A stretch of 64,000 nucleotides of DNA from positions 128,001-192,000 of the IMG/VR virus record IMGVR_UViG_3300045971_000895; one strand, written 5' to 3'. Below the pieces are notes generated by a model. It ran no database searches. It was not told the DNA's origin and was given only the letters and a program-made list of their open reading frames with translations. Position 1 is the first letter of the stretch; every line of letters starts with the position of its first letter. Of the stretch, positions 39,584 to 48,500 are shown one piece after another. The position numbers and the translations under genes were made by a program. The stretch is from a virus.

Positions 39584-39921
39584 AGCGAGAGCTCCGTCTG
39601 CATGGTCTTGGGCTTGCGCTTCAGGCACATCTTGCAGTCAACCCGGGCCCAGTCCTCGGTGAGACGGCTGGCGGGCACCATCTTGTCGGAGCAGATCGGG
39701 CAGTTCATGATGCCCCAGTGCATCTTGCGCGGGATGAGGCGCATCGACTCTTCCTTCGTCGGGACGTTGTGGCCGACCTCCGAGCCGAGCACGGAGTAGT
39801 GGAAGGTCCTGAACTGCTTTGCAGCCTGCTGGAGGACGCTATTCGACGCGCCCTCCAGCATCTGCTCGTCCCGCTCGTTCCTGGCCTCGACCAGGATGCG
39901 AAGCGTGACGACCCGCTTCAC
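39580..39921 (-). CDS. zinc-ribbon protein (113 aa)
   Basis: 'CPICSDK...CKMC'. Confidence 0.45.
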   Translation of the reverse strand: MKRVVTLRILVEARNERDEQMLEGASNSVLQQAAKQFRTFHYSVLGSEVGHNVPTKEESMRLIPRKMHWGIMNCPICSDKMVPASRLTEDWARVDCKMCLKRKPKTMQTELSL

Positions 39922-40190
39922 TCCTTCTTCTCCGGCTCCTGCTGCGCCGCGAAGGGGGCCTCGCTCACGGCCGCCACGACCTCGGCGTCGGTGGCCGCGG
40001 GGTGCGCGACCTTCCCGATCTCGCCGGGGACCATCTTCGGGTGGGCCTTCTTCCAGGCCTCCCGCTTCTCGCCCCGCGCCTGGTAGCGCTTGACGGTGGA
40101 GGGCTTCGACTTCTTCTTGACGATCTTGGCCGGCGACTTCTTCTTGGTGACGACGGCGGGCTTCTTGGGGGCGATCTTCTTCTGGGCCAT
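39918..40190 (-). CDS. histone H1-like / basic KKP-repeat DNA-binding protein (90 aa)
   Basis: 'MAQKKIAPKKPAVVTKKKSPAKIVKKKSKPSTVKR' is a Lys/Ala/Pro-rich low-complexity stretch. Confidence 0.5.
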   Translation of the reverse strand: MAQKKIAPKKPAVVTKKKSPAKIVKKKSKPSTVKRYQARGEKREAWKKAHPKMVPGEIGKVAHPAATDAEVVAAVSEAPFAAQQEPEKKE

Positions 40191-40200
40191 TGCGGGCCTC

Positions 40201-40518
40201 CTACTTCGGTGGTGGTCGGAGCACGAGGCGGTACCCGAGCTGATTCGCTCGAGCCCGCACCTCTGCCACTTGCTCTTCCCTGGTCTTCTCCACAGTTGGC
40301 GGTGAAGGTGCTGACATCCACTGGTCGGGGAGGTTCTTTCGTGTTGCCTTGTTGTCGAGCTCTACGAGTTGGAGGGCGAGACTCTTCGCCGCCTCCTTGA
40401 AGGAGTCGTCGAGGTCCATGTCCTGACCAAACTCGTAGTTGAACTCGACACCCAAGAACCGAAGGATGCGCTCCGCGTTGAGCCGCGCATCCCGGAGAAC
40501 CTCGTTGACGTTCATCGC
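40201..40518 (-). CDS. hypothetical protein (105 aa)
   Basis: Internal start 'MNVNEVLRDARLN'. The part of the ORF upstream of it is Pro/Arg-rich and looks like an artefact. Confidence 0.4.
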   Translation of the reverse strand, partial: AMNVNEVLRDARLNAERILRFLGVEFNYEFGQDMDLDDSFKEAAKSLALQLVELDNKATRKNLPDQWMSAPSPPTVEKTREEQVAEVRARANQLGYRLVLRPPPK

Positions 40519-40871
40519 TACATCTCGCTCTCTTCCGCAACGTCGTTCAGGCTGTTGATCTCCGACTCCAGGCTGATCATGGTGTCGCAGATCACAGGGA
40601 CCTCCACAGTGAGGTCCTGGTTGAAGCGCATCTTCAGCTCGTCCTTCATCGACTTGAAGTAGTCGACCTTCTTCTCGTACGAGGAGGTGGGAACAGTATA
40701 GACGGCACACAGGTTCCCGTTGGGCTCCCTCACTTCGATGATGCGAACGTCCCGGAGCTTGCGCAGCATCTGGCAGCGCTTCTTGTACTGCTCGAGCTCC
40801 TCTCGCAGCAGCATCTCCGTACGGAGCGCCGTCGAGAGCGTCTTCTTGGGCTTCTTCTTGACCCTAGCCAT
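40518..40871 (-). CDS. hypothetical protein (117 aa)
   Basis: ORF 'MARVKKKPKKT...'. Confidence 0.45.
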   Translation of the reverse strand: MARVKKKPKKTLSTALRTEMLLREELEQYKKRCQMLRKLRDVRIIEVREPNGNLCAVYTVPTSSYEKKVDYFKSMKDELKMRFNQDLTVEVPVICDTMISLESEINSLNDVAEESEM

Positions 40872-41094
40872 GGGTGATCCCGTGCTTCTCGCGAGTGCGC
40901 TGAAGGATCATCTCGTAGTGCTTCTCCATCGCAGCGTGAAGCTCCTTGTTGTTGATGGCCATCATCACCATGGCTCCCGCCCTGCTCGCCGTGTTGATCT
41001 CGGTAGGGTTCGACCGGTCGGGGAACTGGCCCTCTGCCATGCCGTTCTCTCGGAAGATGATCGCCGACTCGTTGTCCTTGATCTCGAACTTCAT
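40864..41094 (-). CDS. hypothetical protein (76 aa)
   Basis: 'MKFEIKDNESAIIFRENGMAEGQFPD' with GAGGAG RBS. Confidence 0.45.
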   Translation of the reverse strand: MKFEIKDNESAIIFRENGMAEGQFPDRSNPTEINTASRAGAMVMMAINNKELHAAMEKHYEMILQRTREKHGITHG

Positions 41095-41096
41095 CC

Positions 41097-42824
41097 TTAG
41101 CTCCTCAGGTAGTTGGTGAAGGAGGTCCTCACGAGATCGGTCATCTCGAAGAAGAGGTCCTCCGGGTTGTCTCCTACTCGAACCCAGCGCTTCGGGCCCA
41201 GCATCCTGTCCGCCTCTGACGACGGCAGGGTGTTGCCCAGCAGCACGGTACTGACTCGGATGCGCCGGCGAGCGGCATCGACCACGTCTTGTCTTACCTG
41301 CTCGCGCAGGCCGATGTTCGACTGAGCCCCGATGGTCTGCGGATTCCCGTCCGAGACGATGAGCAGGTGCTTCATCCGCCCAGGCATCTGGGCCAGCTGC
41401 CGTGCGGCGACAGGGACAGCGATGTGGAGCGGAGTGAGCCCCCACGCCTCGGGGATGGTCTTCTTCGGCAGGTAGCCCTTGGTCGGGTCCTCGAAGTCGA
41501 TGATGACCGTCCCTCCGGTGCTGTCTCCAGAGAAGCCCCAGACCTTCACATTCGAGAAGGGGAACTTGGTGGCCACCGCGGCCACTTTCGCCGCCCTCGA
41601 CACCGTCATCCAGAGCTGCTGCATGGAGCCGCTCATGTCGAGCAGGATGATGAGGTCGAAGCCCTTGGCTGGGCGGTCCTCGAGGAAGAACTCCATGTCG
41701 CCCTGACCGTGGAGGAACTCGATGTAGCGCTCGGGGTCGAGGTGAGATCCGTCTTCGGCCCTCGCACGGGTGCGCTGGTCGATGAGCCGGATGAAGATGC
41801 GGCGCAACTCCGAGGCAAGCTTGGAGTCCCTCTCGCTCAGCCTGAACTCCTCAGCATCGTGGGCAGGAACGTGAACGAGCTTCGTCCTGTGCATCCCCTT
41901 CAGGAGGTCTTGGTCCGGAGGGATCTCTCGCAGTCGGGAGGAGAGCTTGCGGATGAGCGTCTGCACTTCCTCCGTGCCCAAGCTGATGAGCTGAGCGAGT
42001 GCGTCATCCGACTCGAGACCCATCGCAGTGCGTGCGACGTGCTTGGTCTTCCCCGTGTCCCTGTCGAGCGCTCGAGGGGACTCGGTGTCGAACAGCATGG
42101 CTGCTCCCCGAGACTGAAGCGCTGCCTTCTCGAGCTGAACGACTGCTCGCTCGTTGCTGTAGATCTTCCTCTTCGTCATCCTCTTCGCGCCGCCGGCCTG
42201 CGGCACGCCAGGCTCTTGTGGCACCTCCTCATCTGCGAGGAGGCCGATGACGTGGTCGAGGATGATGCGAGTGGCCACGAGCACGGTGGGGTAGCTGGCA
42301 CGCTTCACCAGCTCGAGCGCACGCAAGATGACGGGGTCGAAGCGGTCCCAGCTGCTGCCAGGGATCTCGGCCGCACCGATGCCGAGGGCGATGACCCTCA
42401 TGGTCAGGTTGCCTTTCGTCCCGTTGGCGAGGAGCCGCTCCCACCGAGTCTTCAGCTTCTCGGCGCTGCCCGGGTACACCATCTCGTGGAGAGAGTGCAC
42501 GCGAACATCGTCGATCGCGTTCGCCAGCATGTCGATGAAGTCCTCTTGGAGGGAGGTGGGGGAGAGCCCAGTCAGCTTCCGCTCCTCGAGGTAGAGCTTC
42601 ACGAAGTGGGCTCGAGCATGGAGGTCGGTGCCGAAGAGGATGTGCGTCCACTCATGCTTGTGGATGACGTCCACCTCCTGGTCTTCGATGGGGACGGAGA
42701 GGTAGGTCTCGGTGTCCGTCCGACCAGGAGGATCAGCGGCGAAGAGGGTGATCTCCTTCCCCGTGAGGCCGCAGAAGATCTTGTGGACCTTCCGCACGAT
42801 GTCGACCCGGTCCTTGTGGTTCAT
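41097..42824 (-). CDS. VWA-domain protein (CobT-like partner of MoxR ATPase)
   Basis: MIDAS motif 'DLIILLDMSGSM' in the C-terminal half. 4-nt overlap with the upstream ATPase gene. Confidence 0.7.
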   Translation of the reverse strand: MNHKDRVDIVRKVHKIFCGLTGKEITLFAADPPGRTDTETYLSVPIEDQEVDVIHKHEWTHILFGTDLHARAHFVKLYLEERKLTGLSPTSLQEDFIDMLANAIDDVRVHSLHEMVYPGSAEKLKTRWERLLANGTKGNLTMRVIALGIGAAEIPGSSWDRFDPVILRALELVKRASYPTVLVATRIILDHVIGLLADEEVPQEPGVPQAGGAKRMTKRKIYSNERAVVQLEKAALQSRGAAMLFDTESPRALDRDTGKTKHVARTAMGLESDDALAQLISLGTEEVQTLIRKLSSRLREIPPDQDLLKGMHRTKLVHVPAHDAEEFRLSERDSKLASELRRIFIRLIDQRTRARAEDGSHLDPERYIEFLHGQGDMEFFLEDRPAKGFDLIILLDMSGSMQQLWMTVSRAAKVAAVATKFPFSNVKVWGFSGDSTGGTVIIDFEDPTKGYLPKKTIPEAWGLTPLHIAVPVAARQLAQMPGRMKHLLIVSDGNPQTIGAQSNIGLREQVRQDVVDAARRRIRVSTVLLGNTLPSSEADRMLGPKRWVRVGDNPEDLFFEMTDLVRTSFTNYLRS

Positions 42825-43777
42825 GTGAGCCCCGCTCGAGTGGCGAGGTCGGCATGGGTCCCGTTCTTGGTGATGTCCTGGATGCGCTCGATGACGAGCT
42901 TCCGGTCCTCGTCGCCAAACTTCTGGCAGAGGAGGAACATCATGTCGAACCAGCCGACGCGGGGGAGCAGGTTGATGAGCTCCACCAGGTCGCGGGTGGA
43001 GAGGGAGTAGCTGGTGGCTCCCTGCCTGGTCTGGTTGGCGATGTTCACCAGCATCTCCAGGCCCTGCTGCTGGATGGGGTCTCCCATCGAGCCCGTCTTC
43101 CCGTAGCCGGTCATCTCCATGAGGATCTCCTTCTCGGCCTCGGGAGGCGGGTAGGGGATGTCGATGCAGGTGAAGCGGCTCCTCAGGTCATCGTTCAGCT
43201 CGTTGGTTCCGCCGTAGACGGTGGGGTTCTGCGTGGCGATGACCCAGAGCTTGCAGCCCTCCCGGAGCTCGAGGCGCGTGGAGAGCTCTGGGATCTCCAG
43301 CTTGCGGCGGAAGTCGGTGAAGCTGTTCACCAGCTTCTGCTGCTGGTTGGGCAGCGAGTTCAGCTCCTCGAGCACGAGCATGGCGAAGCCGCACTCGTTG
43401 GCCACCTTGATGGCGTTGGCGACGGTGCCGAGGATGAAGGGGGTCTCCCCGCTCTTGGCGACGAAGCCTCCCTTGAAGTGCCGCTCCCTCGTCTCTTCCG
43501 AGCAGTCCATGGAGAGGTAGGGGATGCCGAGGGTCTCGGCCATGTACGACGCCAGCAGGGACTTCCCCGTCCCCTTGGGCCCGTTGAGCAGGAGGTTGGG
43601 AGGATCCCAGGTACCCGAACCGGTAGGCACCTGACTCATCTTTGTGAGGAAAGGTATGAGCTCGAAGACATCGACGTACTTCAAGCCCTTCCTCAAGACG
43701 AGAGAGGCGGGTACCATGTACCTGACCTCGACGCCGTTGATGCGGAGGATGCCCTCTCCGACTGCTTCAAGTGTCAT
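42821..43777 (-). CDS. MoxR/CobS-like AAA+ ATPase
   Basis: Walker A 'LLLNGPKGTGKS' and Walker B 'MLVLEELN'. Size and architecture match phage CobS-like proteins. Confidence 0.75.
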   Translation of the reverse strand: MTLEAVGEGILRINGVEVRYMVPASLVLRKGLKYVDVFELIPFLTKMSQVPTGSGTWDPPNLLLNGPKGTGKSLLASYMAETLGIPYLSMDCSEETRERHFKGGFVAKSGETPFILGTVANAIKVANECGFAMLVLEELNSLPNQQQKLVNSFTDFRRKLEIPELSTRLELREGCKLWVIATQNPTVYGGTNELNDDLRSRFTCIDIPYPPPEAEKEILMEMTGYGKTGSMGDPIQQQGLEMLVNIANQTRQGATSYSLSTRDLVELINLLPRVGWFDMMFLLCQKFGDEDRKLVIERIQDITKNGTHADLATRAGLT

Positions 43778-43845
43778 GTGTCCTCTGGTAGTGTAGGTTG
43801 TTGGCCTTCAAGGTCTTATCCCTTCAACGCGGACCCTTTGGACCG

Positions 43846-44169
43846 ATGCCCCAAGACCAAGAACTGACCATCGACAAGCTCTCCGCCGGCGACCGCCCTT
43901 CGATCCTTGCTCTTGGCGTGGCCGCGGCCGAGTCGTTGAAGCAGGCCAGCATCGCCGTCTTCATGGTGGACGTCTTGGGCCGCGTCCAGATCCTTCCGCC
44001 GAACTCGATCACCGTGAAGATCCCTGCTCGCGTGAAGACCGCTGAGCTGGATTCTCTCGACGAGGCCTCGGCCATCAACATCATGACTGCGCAGGGAGAC
44101 GGCGATGACTCCATAGTGGAGTACCTTCGCCACAGGGAGGGTCTGGGGGATGGCAACTCGAATCTGTGA
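43846..44169 (+). CDS. hypothetical protein (107 aa)
   Basis: Start 'MPQDQELTIDKLSAGD'. Divergent from the ATPase operon across a 70-bp intergenic region. Confidence 0.4.
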   Translation: MPQDQELTIDKLSAGDRPSILALGVAAAESLKQASIAVFMVDVLGRVQILPPNSITVKIPARVKTAELDSLDEASAINIMTAQGDGDDSIVEYLRHREGLGDGNSNL

Positions 44170-44407
44170 CACGGAGCCGTGCGACAAGATGAAGATGGCG
44201 TTGAGCCTCTTCTTCCGCACCGAGGCGTTGGAGAACTACAACCCCGAAGAGGGGCTGCTCGTCGCTCGGGTGGAGAAGAAGAAAGGGTTCGCCCCGGTCG
44301 ACCTCCACTTCAAGTACTGCCCCTTCTGCGGAACCAGAGCGGCCCTCGGCCTGGTGGATGGCCTCGAGGAAGAGTACGAGATGCGCGGGTCGAGGCAGCT
44401 GGCGTAG
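44150..44407 (+). CDS. zinc-ribbon protein (85 aa)
   Basis: 'CDTEPCDK...CPFCG'. Confidence 0.45.
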   Translation: MATRICDTEPCDKMKMALSLFFRTEALENYNPEEGLLVARVEKKKGFAPVDLHFKYCPFCGTRAALGLVDGLEEEYEMRGSRQLA

Positions 44408-44410
44408 CAG

Positions 44411-45088
44411 ATGCCTATCCCGGTCGCTCTCCCTGTCGGTGCGCTGGTCATCGACGACACGATCTCGGCAACAGCTGAGGCGTTCGTCGCTGCCATCGGT
44501 CAGGTCTTGCGGTCGGGAACGTCTGGGGCCACGCTCAACACCCCGCCCACTCTCTTCCCGGACGGAACCAACCCAGGCATCGACTCAGGCACGGGGCAGC
44601 CGTACCTCGCCTCGCTCGTCATCAGCACGCCCGAGCAGCAGCTCTTCTACCGGCAGCTGGGCGCGGCCATCGCATCGGCCATCGGTTCAGGCGGTGGAGG
44701 GCCAACACCTACTCCGACCGTCCAGCTCGTCCAGCTCGATGCGCTGTGCCCTTCGACGGTGGCGGTAGGCAACCTCGTTCGAGTGGCGAGCGCAGGTCAT
44801 GTCGACAAGACCGACATCACCGACATCACGAAGCTCCCCGCCATCGGAGTCGTGACCGCCAAGGCAACGACCACGAGCTGCACGGTGCAGACGCATGGCA
44901 TCGTCTCGGGGATCTTCACGGGCCTCACGCCTGGCCTGCTCTACTACGTGGCGCTCGACAGCACACTCGGGCCCATACCAGTTCCCACCACCGGTCAGGT
45001 TCTGTTCTGGCAGGCGGTGGGTGTCGCGCTCGATGCCACGAGCCTTGTGCTCTCACCGAGCTTCAGTCTCACCCGTATCGTAGGGTAA
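44411..45088 (+). CDS. hypothetical beta-rich protein (225 aa), possibly fibre-associated
   Basis: ORF. Gly/Thr-rich. Confidence 0.45.
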   Translation: MPIPVALPVGALVIDDTISATAEAFVAAIGQVLRSGTSGATLNTPPTLFPDGTNPGIDSGTGQPYLASLVISTPEQQLFYRQLGAAIASAIGSGGGGPTPTPTVQLVQLDALCPSTVAVGNLVRVASAGHVDKTDITDITKLPAIGVVTAKATTTSCTVQTHGIVSGIFTGLTPGLLYYVALDSTLGPIPVPTTGQVLFWQAVGVALDATSLVLSPSFSLTRIVG

Positions 45089-45153
45089 CATCCACGTTCC
45101 CACCCCCGCAGGGTGGGTGCTAACTTCAAACCACAACCGAGGAGCCAAGCACT

Positions 45154-45579
45154 ATGGCACGTAGAAACCTGAAGAGCGTCGAGCCCGAGACCGTGACCCC
45201 CGTCATCCCGAACGTGGCTCTTCCGCCTCCCCCGGCGGCCGGCACCGCTCTGGACGTCCTGAAGATCGACGAGCTGCGGCTGCTCAAGGTCACTCGCCTG
45301 ATGGAGAAGGAGCGGGCCGCCCGCTACGAGTCGATGGCGGCGGTCAGCGCGCTCAACGCGATGTTCCAGGAGTTCCTCTCCAAGGACCCGAAGGGGAAGG
45401 AGCTCAGCGACCGCGTCAACCAGCTCCAGGCAGAGGCGCAGAAGGCCAACAAGGAGTACCAGGCCATCGCGTTCGAGATCGGCAGAGACCTCAAGATCGA
45501 CATGCAGGAGTACGCCTTCGACGACGAGACCGGCGTGCTCCACAAGCTCCCGCCTGCGGCGGGGGCCACCAAGCCGTAG
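45154..45579 (+). CDS. hypothetical protein (141 aa)
   Basis: GAGGAG RBS. Low-GC promoter-like region upstream at 45089..45153. Confidence 0.5.
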   Translation: MARRNLKSVEPETVTPVIPNVALPPPPAAGTALDVLKIDELRLLKVTRLMEKERAARYESMAAVSALNAMFQEFLSKDPKGKELSDRVNQLQAEAQKANKEYQAIAFEIGRDLKIDMQEYAFDDETGVLHKLPPAAGATKP

Positions 45580-45597
45580 TCTCTTCAAGGAGAGGGC

Positions 45598-48500
45598 ATG
45601 GCCCTTCGCAGGTTCCTGTTCCAGAACCTCGGTGCGGGCTCTGGCTTCTTCGATCAGAACCAGGACTCGGACGAGGTACAGGTAGCGAGGGTCACCATCG
45701 TCGCCGGCGTAGGCGGCGTTGGTCTCGCTCTTGGCCTGACCGACATCTCTGGGGCTCGGGACATCAGCGCCCGGTTCGTCTCGTTCACCACCGGCGTCAC
45801 CGGTGGCGTGGCGATCGACGCCGGCGGCCTGCGCATCACCAACCTGGCGCTCGTTCCCACCGGGCCCAGCGAAGCCGTCTCGATGCAGTTCGTCGTGGAC
45901 GCCATCGCTGGGATGACCGGCGTTGGCGCCACAGGAGCCACAGGCCCTGCTGGCCAGCAGGGACCAACCGGTGCCGCGATCACCGGGGCCACTGGCCCGC
46001 AGGGCTCGCCCGGGCCCACAGGGCAGCAAGGTCTTCAGGGCGTCACTGGAGCAACTGGGCCTGTCGGTCCGCAAGGCCCTACCGGAGCGGCGATCACAGG
46101 GGTCGCTGGGCCGCAAGGGGCAACAGGTGTCACGGGAGCCCGAGGTGCTGACGGCGTCACTGGGGCGACGGGCCCTCAAGGGCCGCAGGGGGTCACGGGA
46201 TTCACCGGTCCCCTTGGTCCTCAAGGCGTCGATGGCGTCACTGGTCCGCAGGGTCCGACTGGAGCTGGCAGCTATCCCGGTGGCACGACGGGGCAGCTGC
46301 AATACTTCAACGCCGGGTCCTTCGGTGGCGCTACCAACATTACTTTTGAGAACGGGTCGCTTGTTCTCAAAGCAGATGGTGTCCACCCAATACTGGTCAT
46401 CAAGAACTCTTCTGGCGTAACCGTTGGTGGATGGGATGCCTCCGCAGGGCATCTATCCACCACCTTCCTAGATCCTGTTGCATCGCTGCGTACAGGCCAT
46501 GATGGCTACTTCGAGCAGGGAGGTTTCTTCTTCGACTCTTCCCTTACGGCGACTACCGGAATAGCTGCTGACGTTCTTGTTCTGGATACGGCAGCTGCGC
46601 TTAGAACCAAGAAGGCTACGACCGCTCTTGAGATCCCCTTGGGGGTTGCGGGGCAGTTCAACGCGCCTACTTGGATGCTCACTAGCGGTAAGGCTAGCGT
46701 TACTGCGGATACTGCCGCAGTGGCCATTGGTGACCGTATCGTGATGTCCCCCACGCTGATTGGGGCCGTCACTCCCGACAACACATGGGACCTTGCGAAG
46801 CCCATGCTTGGGTACGCGCTGTCGAGCAAGGCAGGAGGGTCCAGCGGGGCAATCACTATATGGCTGGCCCAGCAAGCGGGGATACCGTCTCTCAACTACT
46901 CCGGCACGCTTGTCTCAACAAACAACATCACCGCACCAACGTTCCTCGGCAACGTGACGGGTACCGGGCCATCTTCCCTGGGGCCTTTGAGTGTCACTGG
47001 AGCAGCTACCGCAGATCAGCCTACGTTTGGCCCCGAGCTGCTCAGCGCAACAGGCTGGACTTCGGTCGGATGGACTGGCGGGCCTTGGCCTACTGGGTTC
47101 GCACACACCGCCGGCAACACTTCCGTTCTCTCCAACACCTTGGCTGCCGTCATCGGCACCAAGTACCACATCACGTTTGCCGTTACGGGGCGTACGGTCG
47201 GAACGTTCGACTTGCAGTTCGGTGGCCAGACCATCCCACTGCTGTTCTCTTCCACCACGGTCAACCTCGGGGACGCGAACGGCTACGGCAGCGTGGACCC
47301 TACCGCCACGACGACCGGTGGCCTGACGATCACTCCGACAACGGACTTCAACGGGACGATCACCCTCTCGATCAAAGCCATCACGGCCGTCTCTACTCCT
47401 GTGTTCAAGCTCCTCTCCAGCACGTGGGGAGTCCAAGTAGAGGTCCGCGTCAACACGGTAGAGAGCGGCACTAACATCGCAAGCATGTTCATCGGCCAGG
47501 ACTCTGGCTCCTATGCGACTACCGGGTTCAACAATACGTTCCTCGGTAACGCTGCGGGCATGAACCTGACGTCAGGCCATGACAACTGCGGCCAAGGCAA
47601 CCTGGCCCTCAAGGCTCTCACGGTTGGGTTCGGCAACTCGGCCTTTGGGTCTTACGCTCTTCGGCAGATCATCGCGTCCAAGTACAACACGGCGATGGGC
47701 ACCGGGGCTTTGCGGTTGCTCACCTCGGGCTACGGCAACACGGGCGTTGGGTTCAGTGCCCTCTACTCCAACACCACGAGCATCTACAGCTCTGCCCTCG
47801 GCGTAAGTTCCGGACGCTACTTGGTTGATGGCATCACCGAGCTTACTGACTCTTCCTACTCGGTGTTCCTGGGCTACAAGTCGATGTCGTTTGCCCAGGC
47901 ACAGACCAACGAGATCGTCATCGGAGCCTTGGCTCTTGGCAACGGCTCCAACACGGCCACGCTCGGTAACGACAGCGTCACCAAGACCTACCTCAAGGGC
48001 GTGCTCACGAGCTTGGTTGTTGATAGCGCCGCAGCGGTGGCTCATGCCATCAACTCCCCAGCCTACAGCACGGCCGGCGCCAAGCTCCTCTCGATCCGCA
48101 ACAACGGCGTCGAGAAGTTCTACGTCGACAAAGATGGCAACGCCTACTCGAACGGAGTGCTGCTCGGTGCCACGGGCCCAGCTGGAGCGACAGGAGCTCA
48201 GGGCGTTACTGGAGCACAAGGGATCCAAGGTGTCACCGGTGCAACTGGTCCGACTGGTCCACAAGGAGCCACTGGGCCGTTGGGTGCCACTGGCGTTCAA
48301 GGCATCCAGGGAGTCACTGGGTCGACAGGCCCTGCCGGCGCGCAAGGTGCCACGGGTCTTCAAGGCATTCAGGGTGTCACGGGAGCGACCGGGCCTACGG
48401 GCCCGAAGGGCGACACCGGCGCTGCGATCACTGGAGCGCAGGGCGCAACTGGTGTGCAGGGTCCGCAGGGCATCACCGGCGTCACAGGACCGATGGGACC

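Noticed and set aside
45099-45117. Short hairpin cccaccc/gggtggg after gene 44411..45088
   Set aside because: Only a 7-bp stem and no U-tract. Possibly a weak terminator or operator, but too marginal to annotate.
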